From Selaginella moellendorffii (lineage: Eukaryota > Plantae > Lycopodiophyta), in contig NW_003314354.1 of the NCBI RefSeq assembly GCF_000143415.4, positions 528,705 to 592,704 of the forward strand: a DNA stretch of 64,000 bases. Reading direction: 5' to 3'. The notes under the pieces are model-generated. The model searched no databases. It saw nothing but the letters and a program-made list of their open reading frames with translations, and was not told where the DNA came from. A program made the position numbers and the translations under genes. Positions 11,609-23,099 of this stretch are shown here, one piece after another. How positions within the stretch are numbered: the stretch's first letter is position 1; each line of letters begins with the position of its first letter.

Positions 11609-13593
11609 ATGAGGAGGACATTCCCCACAGCCCTAGGAGGAGGTAGAGCGTCCCCGCCGCGGCCCATCGCCAGGGCTCCCCATTTCCAGCGTTCATGCCA
11701 CCGCCAGCAGCAGGAATGCTGCACCATGGAGGCGGCGGAGATTGCGAGTGTGATCAAGTATCACGAGGCGACCAAGCATTCTCTAACAAGGTATGCTCGC
11801 GGCCCGCGTGGCCTGGATTGGATCAACCAGCCCGATCCATTTAGGCGCTACCAGGGAGCTCAATTGGCGCCCCTGGATCATCTCCCGCCGGACGAACAAG
11901 CAAAAGAGGACGCTCCTCTTTCGTATCCCAGTGTCTTCAAGCTCGCGGTTGCTCCAAGGCCTGTTACCAAGCGGACGCTCTCGCAACTGCTTTACGATTC
12001 TCTGGCGCTCTCCGCGTGGAAATCAGCAGGGGGATCGACATGGTCGCTCCGTGTGAATCCCAGCAGTGGAAATCTCCACCCCACCGAAGGATATGTTATC
12101 AGTGGTCCGGTTACTGGCGTGTGTGACTCGCCATTCATTGCTCACTACGCGCCCAAGGAGCACGCATTGGAGATTCGAGCACAGATGCCTCCGTCAACTT
12201 GGAAGGAGCTCTCCATGGATTTCCCGCCGGGTTCTTTTTTCGTCGGCCTGTCCTCCATCTTCTGGAGAGAAGCTTGGAAGTATGGGGAGAGAGCATTCAG
12301 GTACTGCAACCACGACGTCGGGCATGCTATAGGAGCCGTGGCCATTGCGGCGGCAACACTTGGCTGGAAGACGAAGCTTGTCGACTCGTGGAGTTCCAGC
12401 GACTTGCGACTTTTGTTGGGATTGCCTCGAGATGACGCGTCGGCCTCGGACAGCAGTGATGTTGCCAAAGGACACTTTCCGGAGCTAGAGAACGAGCATG
12501 GAGACTGCGTCATGCTTTTGTTTCCGAGCGACAAGGCAGTTCCCTCCAACTGGTCTCCGTCTACAGAGCTCGTCTGTCAGCTTTCCAAACTGGCTTGGAA
12601 TGGCAAGCCCAACTCGCTGAGCCGAGAACACGTTCGCTGGGAAATCATTTATCGGGCAGCACAGGCAGCCAAGAAGCCAGCGCTCGCAGAGTCGTCGTCA
12701 ACTGGCTTCATGGAGGCGAGCCGCGAGCAGACAAGCCGAGAAACTTGCTTTCGACAGTTTGCTTCGTCATACGGCCGGGCTACTATCCGTCATGTTGTCC
12801 GGACACGCAGGAGTGCAGTCAGCATGGATGGTCAATACGGCATGCACAGAGACGCTTTCTACCAGATTTTACTCAAAACAATGCCCTGTCTAGGGACGCA
12901 TAAGCAGCTACCATTCTCATCGCTTCCCTGGGAAGCAGAGGTGAGCATGGCGTTGTTTGTTCACAGAGTTGCCGAGATGAAGCAGGGCCTTTACTTACTC
13001 ATCAGAAATCCTTTGCACGAAGAAGATTATAGAGCGGACTTGAGGCAAGATTTTGTGTGGGAAAAACCAGCAGGATGCCCGTCAGAGCTTCCACTTTATC
13101 TTCTTGCGAGAGGAGACTGTCGGAGCATTGCCGAGCGACTGTCTTGCCACCAGGTGAGATTTATTTATTTTATTCTCTTTCTTTCTTTTCTCTTTTTTAC
13201 TGATGAATATGTTGGCTTTTAGGATATTGCGGGCGATGGATGCTTCAGCCTCGGAATGGTGGCAAGATTTGAGGATTCTCTCAAAGAGCATGGTGCTTGG
13301 ATGTATCCGCGGCTCTTTTGGGAAGCTGGCTTGCTTGGTCAGTTGCTCTATCTTGAAGCACACGCAGTTGGCATATCCGCGACTGGTATTGGATGCTACT
13401 TCGATGATTCTGGTATGTGACATGCTTTGGTTCATCTTACTGAGAATCTCTCTCACAAACAGTGCATCAAGTACTCGGCATCAAGGACAGAAAATTCCAG
13501 AGTCTCTACCATTTTACGATTGGAGTGCCCGTTTTGGATACGCGCATTTCGAGCCTGCCTGCATACCCATCCACGAAATCGAAGACGAACTAG
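11609..13593 (+). CDS. SagB/ThcOx-type nitroreductase family protein (3 exons), probable transit peptide
   Basis: YHEATKHS, LDWINQPDPFRRY, SLALSAWK, LRVNPSSGNLHPTE, SIFWREAWKYGERAFRYCNHDVGHA, LSCHQ|DIAGDGCFSL, YPRLFWEAG, ATGIGCYFDD, QSLYHFTIG. The start may be 11609 or 11727. Confidence 0.9.
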
Positions 13594-13729
13594 CGGATAG
13601 AGTCAATAGGTATATATAAAAGCTCATTCATCATAAACGTGATATCCGGACTTGTGTGGTCAGCTACAACGTGGATCATGTGGGAGAAACAGTGGAAAAG
13701 AAAGGAGAGCTTCTAGTGGGTTATAGGCG

Positions 13730-16700
13730 ATGGAGGCGATGGAGGCCTGTGTCCGGGGAAGCCTCTGGGGGTGTCAAGCAGGAGCTAGCTTCGCGTTGAG
13801 GCGCCAAATAAGGCTCAAGCTCGTAGTACGCAATTGCAGTTCACAGCGATCTGTCTGGTGGAAAGCTGGAGCGGCGCTGTTGCTGAAGTCTGCAAGTGCA
13901 TCGGCCTGCGCTCGCCACAAGCAGGTTCCAGTACTGGGATGCATCTCCAGCAGCCTGGCGACTGGTGCAGGAGGGGGCTGCAATTTCAACAGTGGTGGAG
14001 GCCAAGGACCAGGAGGAGGAGGTGGAGGCGGAGATGGGTTTCAGACGTCGGCTGTGCCAGCACAGTCAGTGAGCGGCGAAGCTGACGATTCGAGTGCTGC
14101 TCAACCAGTAATTATTCTCGACGTTGGGGTATGTCACACATAGGAGCTTTTGTTTATCAGTTTATTTGGCTTGCAACAGGGCATGTCGTGTGGTGGGTGC
14201 GCAGCGTCCGTAAAGAGGATCCTTGAGTCCCAGGTCTCGGCTTCGATGAGTGTATGCATGCAATGACTATGAATTTTCCAGGTTCAAGTAGCTTCTGCTA
14301 CTGTCAATCTTGCCACAGAAACCGCAGTTATTCACGTCAAACAGGATTCTCCTGCAGCATCTAATCGGGAGATTGCGGAACATCTTGCAAATCACCTGAC
14401 TACTTGCGGATTTAAATCATCAGTACGAGGTGAGGTGTCTTCCCTTTGCAGCACAATAGACTAGGAAGGAATCCATCCTTGCCTGATTTGTTTTTCTGCA
14501 TGGTTGCAGAAGTTCCTCTGTAAAGCAGTGGAGATTTTGCTTTCAATAAACTATATCTCTGTGAACATGATTCAACTGGAATAGACTGAGATGTTTCATT
14601 GGGCTTTGGTCATGCAGAACAAGGGTCCCAAAGTCGTCTTCAAGCAGCTTACAAAAGAAAAGAGGAACGTAAAGTTCGTTTGAAAGACTCTGGTATGCAT
14701 AGTGTTCTGTAAATGCATGTCATGGATTAACTTGACTGAGCAGGGCGGAGATTGGCAGCAGCCTGGACGCTATTTTCTCTGAGTCTCGTTGGCCACGCAA
14801 GTCACTTCGGTCTCAAATATTTTCCTCCATGGCTACATTTTTTCCACTCAGTGAGCTTTCAGATGTCTCTTTGCGTTTTCTCGCTAGTAGGACCTGGCCG
14901 CAGCCTTCTCTTGGACGGATGGAAAAGCTTTCGTCGAAGGAGTCCCAATATGAACACCCTGGTGGGCTTAGGAGCTGTTTCATCTTTTGCAGTCAGTGTC
15001 ATCGCGGCACTATATCCAAAGCTGGTAGAGTTCGATCCTTACATTGAGAAGGCTTAAGCGTTTGGTTCACAGGGTTGGAGTTCGTTTTTCGAAGAGCCCG
15101 TAATGCTTTTAGCTTTCGTGTTGCTCGGCAGAGCAGTGGAAGAAAGAGCAAAAGTGAAGGCAAGCAGTGATATGGAAAGCCTACTTGGACTTCTTCCCAA
15201 AAATGCTCGGCTTGTTATGGGGAAAAGCTTAGACGAAGTTCCATCGACAGTGGACGTTCCATGTGATAGCATTGTACTGGGAGACCGGGTTATGGTCTTA
15301 CCTGGGGTATGTTAAGTATAGCTATCATTCTTCGGTTCATTTAATTTTATTGTTCTCAGGACATTATCCCAGTGGATGGCATTGTGAAAGAAGGCAGAAG
15401 CACTGTGGATGAATCCAGTCTTACTGGTGAACCTCTTCCGATTTTGAAGAAATCTGGTGTAAGTTACGACTTTTGTGGCCTTGTTGCTCAACTTAATGCA
15501 ATAATGCAGGATGAAGTAAATGCTGGAACAGTGAACCACAATGGTGTGATCCTGGTTGAAGCAGTGCGGTCTGGTGATGAAACCGTTGTTGGGGATATTG
15601 TGAGGATGGTAGAGAACGCTCAATTAAGAGAAGCACCAATACAGAGGTTGGCTGACAAGGTGTGTGGACGCAAACGTCACTGTTTAGCGCGCTGACTGTT
15701 TTTCTTTGTAGGTTTCAGGCAAGTTTTGTTATGCAGTAATGGCCTTATCTGTCGCCACTCTCGGATTTTGGAGCGTTTTGGGACCAAAGCTGTTTCCTTC
15801 CGTCATCCCGACTGGTGGTGGACTTCTTCTCGGCCTACAGCTTGCTTGTAATGTGCTTGTGAGTATATATTTCACTGATTGTTTGGCACTGCTCAACTTC
15901 TTACCGGTTCTCCAGGTGATTGCCTGTCCTTGCGCTCTTGGACTTGCCACACCAACCGCTGTTCTGGTACTTAAAACTTTGTTCGTCATTGTAAGACTTG
16001 TATTTGCACTTATCTAGGTGGGCACGTCACTGGGAGCACGAAATGGTTTACTAGTTCGAGGTGGAGACATTCTAGAAAAAGCATCCGCTGTTGATGCGGT
16101 TGTGTTCGACAAGACTGGCACACTTACACTGGGGAGGCCTGTTGTGGTTGACGTGGTGTTAAATAAGTATTACTATCTAGTTAGAAGATACTACACTTAC
16201 TAACTATTTCTTTCAGGTACTGGAGTAAAGAAGAAGTTCTAAAGTTTGCTCATGGAGTGGAACGTACAGCAAGCCATCCTCTCGCAAAAGCCATTGTTCA
16301 GGAAGCAGAAAACGTAGGATCTACCGGCGCATTGGTGAGAACTATGTTCTCTGTGAGCAGAAATGTTCTGATCTGTTATTCTCTAGGTGCAAGATGGATC
16401 TTTCGAGCAAGAACCTGGGAGTGGGGCAACAGCTGTTGTGGATGGAAAGAGAGTAACTGTCGGCACCTTAGATTGGGTCCAAAGGTTTCTCTTATATCTA
16501 TCTACTTGTGGCAATATCTATTAATTTTGATATGTTGTAGGTTCGGAACGGTTGGAGAGCCCCCGCGACTTCTGGGAAATCCGGAAGGAAGAACAGTTGT
16601 TTTTGTCGGGCTGGACAACTCCATTGCTGCTGCTATCACTTTGGTCGACGAAATCAGGGACGACGCCGCGGAGACTGTGAGAGCTCTGATTACATTCACA

Positions 16701-17469
16701 TATCCTTTTACAGCTTCGTTCTTGTGATTTTTTCGATCAAACTTCCTGTAGCACTTCACACAGACGAGAGAAAGACTATTCCTCGTCCATTAAAGCTGCA
16801 AAAGGAATCCAACTTGAGTAACCTCCGTTTCTAGGAGAGTTCAAGATACACTTCTTCCAGGTTCGCACTCATCATGAATATGTATTGGTTACTGATGGCT
16901 TCGTTAGGCACAGGGCGTCTTGATCTGTTCACAGCAGAAAGATCCTCGGCAGTGCGTTTGTCCAGCGACGTGGAGCCGAGCTGCTCGTTGCAACTCTGCT
17001 CAGTATCCGACGCTTCGGATGAGATTTGGACACGGGATACGTTTCGAGTTTGAAGAAGGATCAGACAAGTAAGAAGATGGATTCTGATTTTCTTATCGTT
17101 CTTAAAATCTGGTTCCAGGTGGTGGATGCTCTCGAATTAAGCCGAAGAATCCAGAGAAAGATAAAGCAGAACTTATGCTGGGCATTCATGTACAACATAG
17201 TTAAGTGGCTATTTTGGTGGTTCTTTTTGTTAAAACTTTCCAGTGCTGTTTGTTGACAGATTGGTTTGCCAATAGCTGCGGGGGCTCTTGTTCCAGCCAC
17301 CAGAGTGATGCTCACGCCGTCACTGGCGGGTGCTCTCATGGGATTGAGCTCGCTGGGAGTGGTGACTAATTCGCTCCTGCTTCACTGGGAATACTTTGTT
17401 CACGTGGACAAGCATCGCAGTAAAGCACCACTCGGAGCGAGCGATAGCATTGCCATTGTTACTTCATGA
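13730..17469 (+). pseudogene. PAA1: Chloroplast Cu-transporting P1B-ATPase PAA1/HMA6-like, disrupted: exons after DEIRDDAAETVRAL replaced by a fragment of another gene (16689-17068)
   Basis: Transit peptide with Gly-rich stretch, GMSCGGC metal-binding domain, PNMNTLVGLG, DESSLTGEP, CPCALGLATP, DKTGTLT, SHPLAKA, and terminal exons VVDALEL...QNLCWAFMYN...MGLSS. No TGD/SGD or GDGxND exon is found in the window. Confidence 0.85.
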
Positions 17470-18090
17470 TTCGTTCAACTTTCATATTCTTCACGAACTC
17501 AGTGAGTTTTGAGGAAGAAAAACTGCGATTCTTTACTCATCGTTATCTTACAATTCTGCAACTCCAAGGCTTGTCCCGGTTGTAATAATAGTAAACATCG
17601 CACCTCAGGAACTGGGAGCACCTGGCTAGCGTAGATTCCCAGAGGCTTGGCCGCGCCCGCGGTCCAAACAACAAATCCCACAGATCCCTTTTGCTTTGCG
17701 TGATCTCCACATTGACTGCGCCAGGCCTCACCCCCGGCATCTCCACGACGATCACATACGAGTCTGGACGGTTCCACATGTCCAAGAAGGGCGGGATGGT
17801 GATGACCCGTGAATCACCACCACACGCAGCTCTGTAGCCAGCAAGAGCTTCAGGCTGAACCAGCTCCTCCGCCATGTCAGTAACCAGAAGATCGCACCGC
17901 ACCCACAGCAGGAAGCACAGCACGCTCCTCGCTCTCCGCCTCTTGCTCGTCGAATCCAAATCCCACAACAAGCGGCACAGTTACCCGCAAGAGACCATCG
18001 TCAAGCTGGTGGCTGATGCGCCCTGCGTCAACGTGCTGCGGGAGGACAAACTTCGGAGCAAACAGCTTGGTGAGCGCACCGCGCTCCTCT
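16689..18090. repeat. Duplicated block, copy A (GPT-like fragment + PAA1 3' exons + deleted alpha-crystallin gene), paralogous to 20828-22450
   Basis: Near-identical sequence starting ATTACATTCACATATCC at 16689 and 20828; identical PAA1 3' exon ORFs (17266-17469 and 21405-21608). Confidence 0.95.
17543..18090 (-). pseudogene. Internally deleted, 5'-truncated copy of the tandem alpha-crystallin gene at 21694-22821
   Basis: Shares DMWNRPDSYVIVVEMPGVRP and CDVYYYYNRDKPWSC, but a ~200-bp deletion (GGCTTGGC|CGCGCCCG at ~17650) and smaller deletions remove most of the second domain. Confidence 0.88.
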
Positions 18091-18174
18091 CTCCGTGCAA
18101 CGGAATATGCCTCGTAGAATTGGCAAACATCGGCTAGGTTTTATGAATGGTCTAGGGCTGTTTGAGAGCTTGCG

Positions 18175-19704
18175 ATGGTGATCCTACTAGGCATGTTGCT
18201 GCTGATTGTGCTGGCGATGCTGCACCCGCCGCCTAAGCATCGCAATGTGTGGGCTACTGCCACCTGGATCCTCTTCCTTGTGGGTAAGTTAAATCTTTTT
18301 CAATGCTTATAGATTGCTGCCATTCGACATTGCTGATGCTGTTTATTTTAGTGGGCATTTTGATTTTTCTTGCTCTGTGGGAGAGATATGGACACTTTGA
18401 GGAAGTATTTTCTCCTGTCGTGATTCTAGAAAACTGGTTTGCAGTCAAGAAGGGCACTAGTTCTGCGTTACCTTGGAGATTGCCCTCTTATGGAAATCGT
18501 CGAGGCTTACTAATAGTGGTCAACGATGAGAATATCACTAGATGCACTGATGATGCTGCTGACATTGAGATGTTACGCCACGAGTCTTTTGGATACACTG
18601 AAGTCTAGCTCCTGTCCGGTATCGTTACTGGTTTATGATTGTTTGCGTCTCTTTACTTTACATGGTTGGTTTTTGTTAGGTCCGAGCACTAGACGTGCTT
18701 ATTTTGCAATCAAAAAGTTCATCACAAGTGGAGTTACTGGAGATCGGCTTTTCTTCTTCTTTTGTGGACATGGTTTGGAGAGCCTTCTTGATATGAATGG
18801 TGATGAACTTGATGGCAACAATGAAGCAATTTGCTTCTCAAATGGACTTCAGTTTATCCAAAGGACTTGTGGAGTAGCATCTCAATGTCAGCAACGTCAT
18901 CAGTGCATCCAGTGATATTCTCATCATTAACCGTTATTAGTAGGCCTCGACGATCTTTATAAAAAGGCAATCTCCAGGGTAACGCGGAATCAGTGCCCTT
19001 CTTGACCGCAAACTAGTTTTCTAAAGTCACGACGGGAGAAAACGCTTCCTCAAAGTGTCCCTATCTCTCCCACAGAGCAAGAAGAATCGAAATGCTCACT
19101 AGAATAAATAGCATCAGCAATGTTGAATGGCAGCAATCTATAAGCATCGAAAAAGATTTGGGTATGCTTTTTCATTTATTCTTCTGTTATGTTTTTTGGT
19201 CATGATTTTGTTTGTATGTAGGTGCTCGTAGATGATATTCTACATAAGATAATGGTAGAAGATCTTCAACCTGGTGTCCAGCTAACTGCTGTGCTTAACA
19301 CATGCCACAGCGGCACGATGCTTAATTTGCCTTTCCAGACAACAGGGAAAAGATGGATGAAGGCTTCGAATCAAGTTTCAACTCCGCTGCAGGCAAAGGT
19401 TTCTTCAAAACGACTGTTACCTCAATTGCAGCGTGCCTGGATCACGAGATAACTTTGTTTGTAAGTTTCTTTTGCCCATTGTTTGATTTGTTCTCTCAGT
19501 TTCTGTTATTCTTTTCAGGATCGAACTCAGAGACACAGTCTTTTCACTCTCGATTTCACCAAATCCATTCGTGAAGGAGCAAACACGTACAAGCTACTCC
19601 TTGAGAGTATGCACAAGAAGCAGCAAGAAGCTGGATTAAGGAATAGCACAATCAATATATGTGCAACTGAACCGTTTTCTCTTGATCAGGTACTTGTGTT
19701 GTAG
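18175..19704 (+). pseudogene. Divergent metacaspase pseudogene with hydrophobic N-terminus
   Basis: RRGLLIVVN...CTDDA, GDRLFFFFCGHG...NGDELDGNNEAIC, VDDILH...LTAVLNTCHSGTMLNLPF and p10-like SIAACLDHE...TYKLLLESM. Lesions: in-frame TAG at 18606, a frameshift in the linker, and an inverted insertion at 18845-19159. Confidence 0.82.
18291..19159. repeat. Long inverted repeat: arms 18291-18605 and 18845-19159, 239-bp loop
   Basis: AAATCTTTTTCAATGCTTATAGATTGCTGCC...GGATACACTGAAGTC aligns along its length with the reverse complement of GACTTCAGTTTATCC...GCAATCTATAAGCATCGAAAAAGATTT. Mismatches are mostly transitions. Confidence 0.93.
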
Positions 19705-20096
19705 CCTCTGAATGAAGTTCTCCTGGCGTTAATAAAGTTTACTGACTTTCCACTCGTATGGCGTTCTGGTGCAATATAAAAACATGGTGCTTTCATATAG
19801 GAATGTCGTTTCCATCTCGGAGATGACGAGAGGAGGCCACTGCTGCCACGGACAGACCCGCAGAGCTTCTTAAGCGCTACTGAAAGCAATGAAAGAATAC
19901 GGGAGCTTCCAGATTGGATACACCAAGGCAATTTTTGTGAGAGTAGAGTGCAGTGTCAGTACACGCGTAAGAAAGTGGAAAGCAAAAGCTCCGTCGGGAT
20001 TTGAAAACTTTGACGATCGGATCGACGCCTGATTAGTTTAGTTTTAATCTTTATAATTACTCAAGATTAGAAATAAATGAATTATAACGTTAACAT

Positions 20097-21608
20097 TTAG
20101 GTCGGATTGCTTGGAAGGAGCGAGGAGCGCAGAGGATGGCGACGCGTCGGCGGGACAGGCTCCTCGAAATGTCGAGTGCCGCCGCTTCTTCTTGTCCCGT
20201 TGTTATGGAGGACGACGATCCGCCACCGGAAATGGGGATCTCGAGGTAGGCAAAATTTGCAGACTTTTCCCTGGATCCCTCTAGATGTCAGGGTCGAGGA
20301 CGCTCCAGTTGTAGCTCCCGTTCCTCCTGGTCGAAAAATTAAGAAGTACCGTAATCTGAGGAAGAGTCTTGGCCTTTCTCACTGGCGAATGTGAAATTTT
20401 CGTGCTGCGCACCTAAATTTTACATCGGCGTTTTGGATCCGGACGAGCTTCCCATACCAACGCGATCATCACCCAAGAAGCTGCCGGAGCTACCCACTCT
20501 TGAAGTAAAGTCCAGTTTACACGACGAGTGCAACACAAGCGTGGAGAAGAATTCCAACAGGGACAGTTTGCGGGAGACATGTTTTTCCGAAAGATTCGAC
20601 AGCCGTTCCAAGCCGCTTGGTATGTTTTCTCGTTCCTCGCTGTATGAGACTCATGTTCTTTTTACTTGTTCTTAGACATATCGATCATGGAAGAGTCTGC
20701 TCGAGACACTTCTGTAAGTTTGGAGCTTTATTTGTATGCCAAGGCCTATACCTCTAAGTCCAGTTGTGCTCCTGCAAAAACAGCGATAGAATCTGCTATA
20801 CAAAAGGACACTCGGGTACGACTTCCCATTACATTCACATATCCTTTTACAGCTTCGTTCTTGTGATTTTTTCGATCAAACTTCCTGTAGCACTTCACAC
20901 AGACGAGAGAAAGACTATTCCTCGTCCATTAAAGCTGCAAAAGGAATCCAACTTGAGTAACCTCCGTTTCTAGGAGAGTTCAAGATACACTTCTTCCAGG
21001 TTCGCACTCATCATGAATATGTATTGGTTACTGATGGCTTCGTCTGGCACAGGGCGTCTTGATCCGTTCACAGCAGAAAGATCCTCGGCAGTGCGTTTGT
21101 CCAGCGACGTGGAGCCGAGCTGCTCGTTGCAATCCTGCTCAGTATCCGACGCTCATGATGAGATTTGGACACGGGATACGTTTCGAGTTTGAAGAAGGAT
21201 CAGACAAGTAAGAAGATGGATTCTGATTTTCTTATCGTTCTTAAAATCTGGTTCCAGGTGGTGGATGCTCTCGAATTAAGCCGAAGAATCCAGAGAAAGA
21301 TAAAGCAGAACTTATGCTGGGCATTCATGTACAACATAGTTAAGTGGCTATTTTGGTGGTTCTTTTTGTTAAAACTTTCCAGTGCTGTTTGTTGACAGAT
21401 TGGTTTGCCAATAGCTGCGGGGGCTCTTGTTCCAGCCACCAGAGTGATGCTCACGCCGTCACTGGCGGGTGCTCTCATGGGATTGAGCTCGCTGGGAGTG
21501 GTGACTAATTCGCTCCTGCTTCACTGGGAATACTTTGTTCACGTGGACAAGCATCGCAGTAAAGCACCACTCGGAGCGAGCGATAGCATTGCCATTGTTA
21601 CTTCATGA
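20097..21608 (+). pseudogene. Chimeric pseudogene: decayed 5' part of the GPT-like gene (to 21207) fused to the last intron and 3' exons of PAA1
   Basis: Colinear with 24897-26190 but with many small deletions; switches to PAA1 intron sequence at GATCAGACAA|GTAAG (21207/21208). Confidence 0.88.
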
Positions 21609-21693
21609 TTCGTTCAACTTTCACAACTTCACGAACTCAGTGAGTTTTGAGGAAGAAAAACTGCGATTCTTTACTCATCGTTATCTTACAATT

Positions 21694-22821
21694 CTAGTAG
21701 AGGATGCAACTCCAAGGCTTGTCCCGGTTGTAATAATAGTAAACATCGCACCTCAGGAACTGGGAGCACCTGTCTAGCGTAGATTCCCAGAGGCTTGGCA
21801 CTGCCTTGGGCAGAGTCACCTTCACCAAGCCATCGCTGACATGGTAAGTTGCGTTTGCACCAACCGGGTACTTGGGGGGAAAAGAAAGCCTGAGCGCGAA
21901 CTCTTTGGTGTTCGCTCCTCCCCGCTCCAGCCTCCGTGCTTGGCCCTCGTCTTCGTCTTGAGTAACGCCAGTGACAGACACTATAGAACTACCCTTCCCA
22001 TCCCGCGCCCGCGGTCCAAACAATAAATCCCACAGATCCCTTTTGCTTTGCGTGATCTCCACATTGACTGCGCCAGGCCTCACCCCCGGCATCTCCACGA
22101 CGATCACATACGAGTCTGGACGGTTCCACATGTCCAAGAAGGGCGGGATGGTGATGACCTGTGAATCGCCACCACACGCAGCTCTGTAGCCACCAAGAGC
22201 TTCAGGCTGAATGAGCTCCTCCGCCATGTTAGTGGTGCAGTAACCAGAAGATCGCACCGCACCCACAGCAGGAAGCACAGTACGCTCCTCGCTCTCCGCC
22301 TCTTGCTCGTCGAATCCAAATCCCACAACAAGCGGCACAGTTACCCGCAAGAGACCATCATCAAGCTGGTGGCTGATGCGCCCTGCGTCAACGTGCTGCG
22401 GGAGGACAAACTTCCGAGCAAACAGCTTGGTGAGCGCACCGCGGTCGTCTCTCCAGCGACCCCGCCCATGCTCCTCCCGTGCAACTCCAGCGATTGAGAG
22501 AATCGACTGCTGGGAGGCCCAAGGCAGGACTTCCACCTTGACATCGCTGCCCCTCACCCCCGGCATCTCCACAAGGATGACATAGGCGTGCGGCAGCCGC
22601 CACACATCTGTGAGAGCAGCGGTCACCACCGTGTCGGCTACGTAGCACATGGGAGTTATGAAGGCGTCTTGTGCTCTTACGCTGGTGTGGCCGGCCGTGC
22701 CGCAGCCCCGCGCCACCTTGAGGGAGCACCGGTCGGAGGACCTGTCAGCACCGCCGCAAGCCTGCGCCATCACCGCCAGCACCTGCAACAAGACGAGAAG
22801 CATCGCCATTGCCTTCCCCAT
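21694..22821 (-). CDS. Intronless signal-peptide protein with two tandem alpha-crystallin/HSP20-like domains
   Basis: Signal-like MAMLLVLLQVLAVMAQA. Domain 1: DVWRLPHAYVILVEMPGV...FARKFVLPQHVDAGRISHQLDDGLLRVTVP. Domain 2: DMWNRPDSYVIVVEMPGV...EFALRLSFP...VSDGLVKVTLPK. TATA-like CTATATAG lies ~30 bp upstream. Confidence 0.85.
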   Translation of the reverse strand: MGKAMAMLLVLLQVLAVMAQACGGADRSSDRCSLKVARGCGTAGHTSVRAQDAFITPMCYVADTVVTAALTDVWRLPHAYVILVEMPGVRGSDVKVEVLPWASQQSILSIAGVAREEHGRGRWRDDRGALTKLFARKFVLPQHVDAGRISHQLDDGLLRVTVPLVVGFGFDEQEAESEERTVLPAVGAVRSSGYCTTNMAEELIQPEALGGYRAACGGDSQVITIPPFLDMWNRPDSYVIVVEMPGVRPGAVNVEITQSKRDLWDLLFGPRARDGKGSSIVSVTGVTQDEDEGQARRLERGGANTKEFALRLSFPPKYPVGANATYHVSDGLVKVTLPKAVPSLWESTLDRCSQFLRCDVYYYYNRDKPWSCILY

Positions 22822-23099
22822 CCTCCCTTCCTAACCCCACTACACGCTATATAGAGAATAACATTCCTTTTTACGTGACCCTTTAAACCCGTTGTTGATC
22901 TATGGTGATTTTTCAGCCAACTGAATCTTCCTCCTTGCTGTTAAAATGTTTCCATCTTTCTGGAGTTTTTTTCGACGCATATGTTAATTATTCTAGTGGG
23001 CATTCTCTCTGATGGAGAGACAGGGAGTTCCCGAAAACTGGTTTGCGGTCAAGAAAGTGCATTAAAGGCCTTAACGATCTCCAAAACAGAGCAATCTCC

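Noticed and set aside
11609-13593. SagB-like gene as a sign of a bacterial RiPP cluster or recent HGT
   Set aside because: It has spliceosomal introns, plants are known to carry this family, and no precursor peptide or YcaO gene is nearby.
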